A stretch of 64,000 bases of DNA from an uncultured virus (IMG/VR IMGVR_UViG_3300042893_000600) (Duplodnaviria; Heunggongvirae; Uroviricota; Caudoviricetes), in IMG/VR virus record IMGVR_UViG_3300042893_000600, positions 1-64,000 of that record, one strand, 5' to 3'. Every line of letters begins with the position of its first letter. Within the stretch, counting starts at the first letter, position 1. The position numbers and the translations under genes were made by a program. The notes under the pieces were generated by a model that was not told the DNA's origin, did no database searches, and was given only the letters and a program-made list of their open reading frames with translations. Positions 9,732-17,178 of the stretch are shown one piece after another.

Positions 9732-11046
9732 TTTCGTCGTAACCATAGACGCCGTATTTTTTCTTAGGGTCGTCCTGTATTTTTAAAGTAGGATCAGGAA
9801 TGCCGGCAACACCAACCCTAGCTTTTATGTCATTAAGTTTGTCGTTGCCTACTAGACGATATCCATTTTCATCACTAATTTGTTGATTATTAATGTAAAG
9901 TTTCTTGCCAACCCATTGAATATTCATACCATTTGTAGCTTGTCTTGCGCCATCGGCAGCATCACCAGTTGGTGGTTTTACTGCGGTCTTACCAGGTAGT
10001 GGACCATCTAGTAGTCCAGCTTCCTGTAATCCTTTTTCTAGTAAATCAATAGCGGCTGCTGTCAATGCCCCTGTTGGTTCAGTAATTGCTCTTACCAAAG
10101 AACTATTTAAAAATTCTTTACCAGCACTGGTACGCATGAATATCAAGAAAGCTGGGGCCGCAGGCCCCATTTCAATTAATTTAGAAATACCTTTTGCCAC
10201 GTTAGTAGGCAAGCTAACAAACATACCTAAATATTTTGTTGTTGTAATGCTGGCGCCGCCCAGTGTAGCTGCACCTGTGGCAATACCTTTAAACATGCCT
10301 GACATTGCGCCAAAGAATTTGCTGGCCACTCCAGTATTTAAGGCAACACCAATGGCCAATTCTCCTAACAGTTTCTTTCTTAACTGTTGATACTTGTTAT
10401 AGGCTTCTTGCTCTGACATTTTTCCAAAAGGAGAATCTTTGCCAGCTTTATAATCTTGGTAGTCTTCCTCTAACACGGACAAATCCACGTAGTATTCTCT
10501 TACAAATTCTAAACCCACAACAGTTTTTATCACAGTCATGGCTACATCGGGTATAAATCCCATCCTTGCCTGGGCTGCTGCCTTCATGGAAGCATTGGCA
10601 CCACGCATTTTTAAGTAGGCTTTAATTTTTTCAAACCCTACTTTACTGTCAGGGTCAAATTTTCTCAAGTTTATTTTTTCTGTTTTAGCTACTGTTTTTT
10701 CTAATTGGGCAAGACGCTCAGTAACTTTCTTTTTTAACCACTTGCCGCCTTTACTTTGCCATGACTTAGGAATAAGTTTAAGTATTCCTGCTTTACCCAG
10801 CTTGGCAAAGCCAGGTGTAAACAATAGTACAGCATCTATGAATAGATCATTCCATTCGTCGTCAGTAATTGATTCAGGATCTTGGTTGTATTTGCCAATG
10901 AATTTGTATATTTCGTAGGCACTCCAAGCACTCATGCCTACAGAGATTGCGGTAATTATTGTACCTATTCCAATACCTGCTATTACAAGAGGTACGGCTT
11001 CATTCAATGATTCAGTTCTTTCAGAGACTATTTGATGGACTTTCAT
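9724..11046 (-). CDS. Hypothetical protein with hydrophobic segments, possible head-packaged/ejected protein
   Basis: 440 aa. N-terminus MKVHQIVSERTESLNE-A is followed by a hydrophobic helix (AVPLVIAGIGIGTIITAISVGMSAW). TAAATA 6 nt before the ATG. Confidence 0.75.
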   Translation of the reverse strand: MKVHQIVSERTESLNEAVPLVIAGIGIGTIITAISVGMSAWSAYEIYKFIGKYNQDPESITDDEWNDLFIDAVLLFTPGFAKLGKAGILKLIPKSWQSKGGKWLKKKVTERLAQLEKTVAKTEKINLRKFDPDSKVGFEKIKAYLKMRGANASMKAAAQARMGFIPDVAMTVIKTVVGLEFVREYYVDLSVLEEDYQDYKAGKDSPFGKMSEQEAYNKYQQLRKKLLGELAIGVALNTGVASKFFGAMSGMFKGIATGAATLGGASITTTKYLGMFVSLPTNVAKGISKLIEMGPAAPAFLIFMRTSAGKEFLNSSLVRAITEPTGALTAAAIDLLEKGLQEAGLLDGPLPGKTAVKPPTGDAADGARQATNGMNIQWVGKKLYINNQQISDENGYRLVGNDKLNDIKARVGVAGIPDPTLKIQDDPKKKYGVYGYDEIK

Positions 11047-11063
11047 AATATATATTTATTTAA

Positions 11064-11132
11064 AGTTGAACTACGTTCAACTGTTCTTCGCTCACGCTCG
11101 AACTATTTTCTTTATTATTAATGCGAAGCATT
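11064..11132. other. Cluster of short hairpins with C-GNA-G triloops (AGTTGAAC-GTA-GTTCAACT on minus, AATGC-GAA-GCATT on plus)
   Basis: Perfect inverted repeats at 11064-11071/11075-11082 and 11120-11124/11128-11132. Confidence 0.6.
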
Positions 11133-11134
11133 TA

Positions 11135-11493
11135 AGTATTATCTAGATTGTTCAGTCACACTTTGCCCTTGCGGGCAAAGAAAATTGAACATTATCTGAG
11201 TTGCACAATCCACTTAGCGTTACAGCAGTTACAGAGGCGGTCATCCGGTACCTCGAGCTGTGTCTTTATTATGACGGCGGTCCACTAACATACGCTAACA
11301 TGCTAGCAAACGTGGGTATTTCTCCCTCTTTTTGCCTTTGAAATCCTTGAAACAATCAAACCGCGGCAGCTTTGCGATCCTGGTCCTGTAAAGGATACTG
11401 ATTGAGTGCTCTTAACGGCAAGAGTCTACGGATCCCTGCGACACTGGGTCCAGGTTTCTTCTGTTCGCCACCCGAGATTAGCCGGTGGAAGCC
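11135..11493 (-). ncRNA. Candidate large structured ncRNA, family not recognised
   Basis: No ORF, GC-richer than its flanks, about 10 stems, G-U wobbles and a GCAA tetraloop that favour the minus strand, and a 6-7 bp loop pseudoknot. Boundaries approximate. Confidence 0.65.
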
Positions 11494-11934
11494 TTAACCG
11501 TTTAGTTGTTTGCCTTTGATGTGTGAGCCGTGTACACGAACAGCGATTTGTCCGTTGTAGTAGTCATCTGATTCTAATACCCGCCTGGAGAATTGTTCTC
11601 TTGCCTCGATATAACTACATTCAGCCTTTGATGTGCAGTAATAAATTATTTCTCTATGGAAATTTTCTCTGCCTTGTTGTTCTACGTCTTTGTTTAGTTG
11701 GTCGTTTGAGCCATAGTATTCACGCCAGTCAGAATCAATTTTGGATTTAATCCGCTTTTTCTTCTTGGTGCCGTTCTTGAGTTTTACTGTTTTATAAGTT
11801 GTTTTAGAAAATTTTGATAATTTCTTGCCTATATATTTTCGACCAGTGATGTTATTAGTGATACAATAGACAAATCCAATACATACTTCAGGTAAGGTTT
11901 CGACTATTGTGTTTTGATAATACCATGACATCAA
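11494..11934 (-). CDS. Compact GIY-YIG family endonuclease (Seg-like)
   Basis: GFVYCITN.ITGRKYIGKK, YYGS, conserved Glu in YIEAREQF, YYN. No separate C-terminal DNA-binding domain. Confidence 0.8.
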   Translation of the reverse strand: MMSWYYQNTIVETLPEVCIGFVYCITNNITGRKYIGKKLSKFSKTTYKTVKLKNGTKKKKRIKSKIDSDWREYYGSNDQLNKDVEQQGRENFHREIIYYCTSKAECSYIEAREQFSRRVLESDDYYNGQIAVRVHGSHIKGKQLNG

Positions 11935-11938
11935 CTAG

Positions 11939-12184
11939 TTAGTTCTTATTGGCCTCTTGATCTTTTAAAAGTGATTCTTTGTACTTGGGACTTTTAACTT
12001 TTGGTTTAGTTGCCCTAATTGCCTGTATTTCTTCGCGCCTAGTGATTGTTAAGTCTCTTATTTCAGCCAAGAGCCGTCGTAGCTCGATACCAGCCACATG
12101 AGTTTGTCTAGCTTGCCATCTCTGGTGTAGCTTGTAGTACTCATGTACTTTTCTCATTAGACTGGTATGTGCGTCTTCCATCAA
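11939..12184 (-). CDS. Small basic helical protein (possibly histone H1-like Hc1-related)
   Basis: AGIELRRLLAEIRDL...RREEIQ pattern and Lys-rich tail. ATGA overlap with gp46. Confidence 0.55.
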   Translation of the reverse strand: MMEDAHTSLMRKVHEYYKLHQRWQARQTHVAGIELRRLLAEIRDLTITRREEIQAIRATKPKVKSPKYKESLLKDQEANKN

Positions 12185-13962
12185 TTTTCAATTTCTAAGT
12201 CATTAGCATAGCTAGTGAATCCATTTTCTTTAATCACTTTGAGTACATTGTTCACTCGTCCGATTAATTCGTCCTTGTGACTGATCAAATAAATGTTTTT
12301 CTTACGTTCCCTAGCCATCTTCTTTAAGACACTTAAGGCATTTTCTACGCCTGCGGCATCTAGTCCGTTGTCAATAAGTTCATCAATGAATAACAAGTTG
12401 ATACTTTGATACAAACTTTCCCACACATCTCTAAAACTCCAGCTTAATCCTAAAATTAACCTATTGCGTTCTCCACGTGACAAATTGTCAAAGTCTAGAT
12501 CCTGCCCAAGTTGTGTAATTTCCACAGTTAAATCATTTTGAAATACCACTGTGTGGGGTAATCCCATTTTATCCAAATAGTAGGTAAGCCTATTATTAAG
12601 GTAGGCAAGATTTTGATCTATGATCTTTTTACGGATAAAACTATCTTTGCTGGTCAGCAACTTGAGCAAAAACTCTTGATGGCCCTTAAGTACATTGAGA
12701 TTGTTTATGCTATCCCATGTGATTTCTTGAAGCGCAGTATTACGCAAATCATCTATTTGTTCTTGATAAGGATCTGTTTCTTGCTGTCTAGCACCCAACG
12801 CAGTTTCTAAACTGGTTAAATTGTTTTGATGTTTAAGAGCTTCTTCTAGTGTATCGTAATAAGTTGTTGGCCTACCGTTGATATCGCCGATACCTTCAAG
12901 CTCAGTCACAATAATAGCATAGCTATCACTGAGGCTTTGAAGATATGTGTAAGCATCTGCTAGATTCTTTTCAGCAAGCACGGACATTTCTTCATGCTTG
13001 TGGGTGTGTAGCTCTTGCTCACAAGCTGGACAAGTGTTATTTTTTAGTTGCTCTATTTCTTTTGTGTATTTGGTTACACTTTTATCAGCTTGAATTAACG
13101 CAGTTTCAATTGTGGCCTTTTCTTTGTTAAGGCTTTTTATTTTAGCTGCTTGCTCATTGTATGTTTTTAACTTAGCGTGAGCTGTGAGTTCTCGTTCGAT
13201 GTCTACTGCTTGTAGTTCTTCTATGGACTTGGTAATTCTATCGCAATCTGTTCGTTGCTGAGCATACCAAGCACTCAGTCTTGTCTCCAAACCAGTAATA
13301 CTCAATTGAATTTTTTCATTAGACTTCTTTACAGCTTCGATATCTGCGTTCTCTTGATAAATTTGATCTTTAGTTACTCTCACTTGCTCTTTAAGAGCCT
13401 CTGCCTTTTCACTTAGTAAGGTAATGCCTAACAGTTGTTCAATGATAGCACGTTGTTCGTTGGCTTTCATGCTTAAGAACGGTTCGGTATAGGTATTCAA
13501 AGCCAAGATATGCTTAAACATATCGTGACTCATACCCATTAAGTCATCAAGGTCCTTTTGCGTTTCCCGCATGTCACCTTGACTGTCATCAGCAGAGTCA
13601 ACAGAGTGTTCTTGATCGTTCACATAGAACTTCATGATAGCAGGTTTGCGACCCCGTTCAATCTTGTACTTGTTACCGTCTTTTTCAAAACTCAGTGTAA
13701 CCAACATGTTTTTGCCATTGATCTTGTTGATCAAGTTATCTTTCTTGATATTGGTCAATGCTGTGCCGTATAACGCATAGGTTAAGGCATTGATAATGGT
13801 AGTCTTACCGGTACCGTTACGGCTTCCACTGTCATCTCCACCTTGATCTAGGTTTTCACCTAGTACAAGGGTAAGTTGTTCTTTACAGAAGTCTACCGCT
13901 TGGGTTTGATTACCCACACTCATGAAATTTTTAACAGTTAGTTCTTTAATTTTAATTGTCAT
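12181..13962 (-). CDS. gp46: Recombination endonuclease subunit, Rad50/SbcC-like gp46
   Basis: KNFMSVGN, Walker A NGTGKTT, coiled coil with zinc hook CPAC, signature LSRGE, Walker B LLFIDE, ISH. Confidence 0.95.
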   Translation of the reverse strand: MTIKIKELTVKNFMSVGNQTQAVDFCKEQLTLVLGENLDQGGDDSGSRNGTGKTTIINALTYALYGTALTNIKKDNLINKINGKNMLVTLSFEKDGNKYKIERGRKPAIMKFYVNDQEHSVDSADDSQGDMRETQKDLDDLMGMSHDMFKHILALNTYTEPFLSMKANEQRAIIEQLLGITLLSEKAEALKEQVRVTKDQIYQENADIEAVKKSNEKIQLSITGLETRLSAWYAQQRTDCDRITKSIEELQAVDIERELTAHAKLKTYNEQAAKIKSLNKEKATIETALIQADKSVTKYTKEIEQLKNNTCPACEQELHTHKHEEMSVLAEKNLADAYTYLQSLSDSYAIIVTELEGIGDINGRPTTYYDTLEEALKHQNNLTSLETALGARQQETDPYQEQIDDLRNTALQEITWDSINNLNVLKGHQEFLLKLLTSKDSFIRKKIIDQNLAYLNNRLTYYLDKMGLPHTVVFQNDLTVEITQLGQDLDFDNLSRGERNRLILGLSWSFRDVWESLYQSINLLFIDELIDNGLDAAGVENALSVLKKMARERKKNIYLISHKDELIGRVNNVLKVIKENGFTSYANDLEIEN

Positions 13963-14972
13963 AGGCTATTATAGATACTCAATAATACTTTACTATCGAA
14001 AGTGTCACTTTCGATATTGACCAACTGATTGCTCACAATTTGATCCACACTTTCAAATGCTTGTATATTGATATCAGTATTGATTTCAACTTCTTTCTTT
14101 TCAGATATCAGTGTTAGTTCTCTAATATCATAATCACTAATAAATTTTTCCTTGATAAAGCTAGCTTCTTCGTAGCTGATGTCAATGTCGAGACTTACTC
14201 GCAGATGCATCTTGCTGGTAATCAGCGTATCTGCTTCGTCAATCAACTGACTTAATTTAATAGTTCTAAATTTAGGACACTCTGTCCAGTTAATATACTG
14301 GGGCACACCATCCCACTCTAAAATCATCATGCCGCGTTCGTCGTCCCACGTATCAGCATAGTTGTGCGGAAACGCATTACCAATGTAATGCATATTTTGA
14401 CGTTGTTGTCGTTTATGAAAGTGTCCGCTAAACCCAAGTTCGTAGTTTTTAAAACTATCCAACTGAATTTCACCATGATCCGGCATCTGAACCATGGCAT
14501 TCATGAAGAAACTGGGCAATTCAAAGTGACCAAAGATATATTTGCCACCTTTCTTGCCTATGGTTTTCCATTCGTCTCCGACAAGCCACGGACATAAGGT
14601 GACGTCGCCAATAGTAGTAGGTTCGTGTACCACAGTAATTCCAGGAATATACTTTCCGAATTCGACGCTGTGAATATCCCGCTTGTCTTTGTAATAAAGA
14701 TCATGATTACCAGGAAAGAAATAAAACTTATCAAAAGCCTGTCCCAGTTTCTCAAGGGCTCTAAGGCTGTAGTCCATAGTTGTAATATTAAGACTATTGC
14801 GGTTGTGATGCCAATCGCCCATAAAAATACCTGTATCACATCCGTTCTCCTTGGCCTTTGCAATATACCAATCAACAAAATCTTCACAGTCTTGATTGTG
14901 TGTTTGACTGTTTGATTTTAATCCAAAATGTATGTCTGTAAAGCAAGCAACTTTTTTAAATAAATTACTCAC
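13959..14972 (-). CDS. gp47: Recombination endonuclease subunit, Mre11/SbcD-like gp47
   Basis: Metallophosphoesterase motifs TDIHFG, GDWHH, GNHD, GHF, SGHFH. Start is GTG 14972 (AAGGTG upstream) or GTG 14981. Confidence 0.93.
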   Translation of the reverse strand: MSNLFKKVACFTDIHFGLKSNSQTHNQDCEDFVDWYIAKAKENGCDTGIFMGDWHHNRNSLNITTMDYSLRALEKLGQAFDKFYFFPGNHDLYYKDKRDIHSVEFGKYIPGITVVHEPTTIGDVTLCPWLVGDEWKTIGKKGGKYIFGHFELPSFFMNAMVQMPDHGEIQLDSFKNYELGFSGHFHKRQQRQNMHYIGNAFPHNYADTWDDERGMMILEWDGVPQYINWTECPKFRTIKLSQLIDEADTLITSKMHLRVSLDIDISYEEASFIKEKFISDYDIRELTLISEKKEVEINTDINIQAFESVDQIVSNQLVNIESDTFDSKVLLSIYNSL

Positions 14973-15789
14973 CTGATTCACCTTCGAAACGTTTTATAGC
15001 ATTTGCATGTTCACCAGCGCCAGTTCTGCTGTAGCTAGGATTCATGCCATTCATCTCCAATAGGTCGTCACGAATATTTTGATTACGTTTTTCTAAATTA
15101 ATAATGCGAACAAAACTGTTAGTCACCGCTGCCGTAAAGTAGGCAAATGGGTTATCACTTTTGCTTTCATCAAATTGTAAACCAATTTGTGTTAGTTGTA
15201 AAATAGCCTGTCCTTTCATTTCGTCGTTGTAAGTATAACCTCGTACATTGCCTCTTGTGGCATATCGTTCACATAATTTAATGTACATACGGGCAAGTGT
15301 ATTTGTAATCTGCCCGTGATCTTTGTTAAATTTACCAGTTTCTAAATCACCCTTCCAGTGACTTTTTCCAACACATACTAAAATATCTTTATCGTCGAAC
15401 TTCCAGTGTTGAAATGGAGGAAAATTAACTTTATCTCTATGATCCGCTATGGTCTTTGGATTTTTTTTACGGGTACCGTTTAACGGAATGTGCTCAAACG
15501 ACATAATTCTAAACACAATGTCTGTTTTAGCAATCTTTTTATAGTCCACTTCGCAGTCTGCTTGTTTGACTTTTTCCCCGGCAGCTTTACGTCGAGCATA
15601 CGCCTCTTGACTCATTCGTTTGGCCTGTGCCCGTTTAGCTTCAGCAACAGTTCGAATGTTAATTTTATCAACAGTGGGCAATATCAAATCATAACGATGA
15701 TATTCTGGTTGGGTAAATGAGCAGAATGTATTTTTGCTTTTGTGTATTTCTTCTAATAAATCTTTGTTGTTTAAGTAATTAACTTTCAT
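14965..15789 (-). CDS. gp55: Late-transcription sigma factor, gp55-like
   Basis: NYLNNKDLL, RGYTYNDEM, FDESKSDNPFAYFT..V.NSF.R.I.LEK. Upstream of gp47/gp46 as in T4-like phages. Confidence 0.88.
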   Translation of the reverse strand: MKVNYLNNKDLLEEIHKSKNTFCSFTQPEYHRYDLILPTVDKINIRTVAEAKRAQAKRMSQEAYARRKAAGEKVKQADCEVDYKKIAKTDIVFRIMSFEHIPLNGTRKKNPKTIADHRDKVNFPPFQHWKFDDKDILVCVGKSHWKGDLETGKFNKDHGQITNTLARMYIKLCERYATRGNVRGYTYNDEMKGQAILQLTQIGLQFDESKSDNPFAYFTAAVTNSFVRIINLEKRNQNIRDDLLEMNGMNPSYSRTGAGEHANAIKRFEGESGE

Positions 15790-15811
15790 GCGAGTCCTAG
15801 GTTCTAGTACT

Positions 15812-15840
15812 ATTATAAACTACCCAGATTATTTTGTCAA
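15812..15840 (-). promoter_or_regulatory. Perfect sigma70 promoter TTGACA-N17-TATAAT for the gp55 operon
   Basis: Minus strand: TTGACA (15840-15835), 17-nt spacer, TATAAT (15817-15812). Confidence 0.88.
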
Positions 15841-15841
15841 C

Positions 15842-15847
15842 TAAATA
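15842..15847 (+). promoter_or_regulatory. Late-type TAAATA box for the baseplate operon
   Basis: TAAATA followed by SD AGGAG and ATG 15868. Confidence 0.6.
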
Positions 15848-15867
15848 GAAGACAAAAGGAGAAATCA

Positions 15868-16875
15868 ATGGCAGATTTTGGATCAATATTGAATACAGCA
15901 GCCAGTACTGTTGGCGGCGCATTGTCGACTGCAGGTAGATTAGCCGGTGCGCTTAATAATTTATCTAACCCAGCTGCCTTGATCTCGTCATTACGGAGCA
16001 TCAACCTACCGAAAGGTGGCGAATCAGGATCATCCAGCGCAGCCGGTGTTTCGTTTGGCGGAGCCGATGCCAGCAGCGATTGGCGTGTACGTTTGGCAAT
16101 TCCGCCTGCATTTTCCAGTAGTCCAATGTTAAGCCCGTTAGTACAAGCAGGTGGACTAGTTTTTCCTTATACGCCCAGCATTGCCATTTCAAGTACTGCC
16201 AGTTACGGCGAAGAAAATTTTACGCATAGCAATTACGGATTTGTCTATTATCAAAACAGTAGAGCAAACACAATTTCAATAAATGGTGCGTTCAACGTTG
16301 AAGATGGAGAGCAGGCAATGTATTGGCTTGCCGCTGTACACTGTCTAAGAAGTGCCACAAAGATGTTTACCGGCGAAGGTGACCTTCAAGGCAATCCTCC
16401 TCCTATTTTTAAATTAAACGGCTACGGTGATTATGTTTTTAAAAACATTCCGGTAGTGATTGAAAGTTTTTCTATCAATTTGCCTGCTGACACAAACTAT
16501 ATTAATACAAGTACAGCATTCGCAGGTAGTGAGGTAACTGGCGGCCTCGGTGGCGCACTTAGTTCTGTAGCTGGCATAGCAGGCGTATCAGCTGGTCTAG
16601 CAGGACTAGCAGGCGCTTTGGGAGCAAATAAAATAGCCAATGCTCTAGGAACAATTGGTGCAATAGGTGGAGCCGTAGCAGGCGTTGGCAAATTAATTTC
16701 AGGTGTAACTGCTCTTGCAGGTGGTGGCAGTTTTGCCACATCTGGTAACAGTTGGGTGCCAGTCAAAAGTGAATTACAAATAACAGTGCGTCCTATCTAT
16801 AGTAGAGAAGCTGTTCGTAGATTTAGTTTACAGAAATTTGTTAAAGGTGATTATGTTAACGGAGGTTATGTATAA
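15868..16875 (+). CDS. Baseplate/tail-tube initiator-like structural protein (gp48/gp54-type)
   Basis: LVFPYTP, GNPPPIFKLNGYGDYVFKNIPVVIESFS motifs. First gene of the baseplate operon. Confidence 0.6.
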   Translation: MADFGSILNTAASTVGGALSTAGRLAGALNNLSNPAALISSLRSINLPKGGESGSSSAAGVSFGGADASSDWRVRLAIPPAFSSSPMLSPLVQAGGLVFPYTPSIAISSTASYGEENFTHSNYGFVYYQNSRANTISINGAFNVEDGEQAMYWLAAVHCLRSATKMFTGEGDLQGNPPPIFKLNGYGDYVFKNIPVVIESFSINLPADTNYINTSTAFAGSEVTGGLGGALSSVAGIAGVSAGLAGLAGALGANKIANALGTIGAIGGAVAGVGKLISGVTALAGGGSFATSGNSWVPVKSELQITVRPIYSREAVRRFSLQKFVKGDYVNGGYV

Positions 16876-17177
16876 TGGCCGCTACTTACACAAGTTCGAG
16901 TCCTTGGTTTAATACTTCGGTGATTCAAAATTATCTTGGAATCTTGTCTATTAGACCAGTTAGCTCGGAGCCAGATGATTTTCTTTATACTATCGAACCT
17001 CAGTATTCTCACAGGCCTGATCTATTGGCCTATGACCTATATGGCACATCTAAACTGTGGTGGGTATTCATACAACGTAATCTTGACGTACTTCAAGATC
17101 CAATATATGATTTTATTCCAGGAGTAGAAATCTATATTCCTAAACGCTCAGGACTTTCGAAAGTGTTAGGAGTCTAA
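16875..17177 (+). CDS. gp53: Baseplate wedge protein, gp53/LysM-like
   Basis: RPDLLAYDLYG..KLWWVF..RN...G..IYIP. Confidence 0.8.
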   Translation: MAATYTSSSPWFNTSVIQNYLGILSIRPVSSEPDDFLYTIEPQYSHRPDLLAYDLYGTSKLWWVFIQRNLDVLQDPIYDFIPGVEIYIPKRSGLSKVLGV

Positions 17178-17178
17178 T

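Noticed and set aside
11047..11493. tRNA, tmRNA or CRISPR array in the gap
   Set aside because: No cloverleaf, T-loop GTTCRA in tRNA context, CCA end or repeat-spacer periodicity.
11135..11934. Group I intron with a GIY-YIG homing endonuclease
   Set aside because: No interrupted host gene (both flanking ORFs look complete) and no recognisable P7/catalytic core sequences.
12470..12490. LSRGE in place of the LSGGE ABC signature in gp46
   Set aside because: A single substitution with all other motifs intact, which is not evidence of inactivation or novelty.
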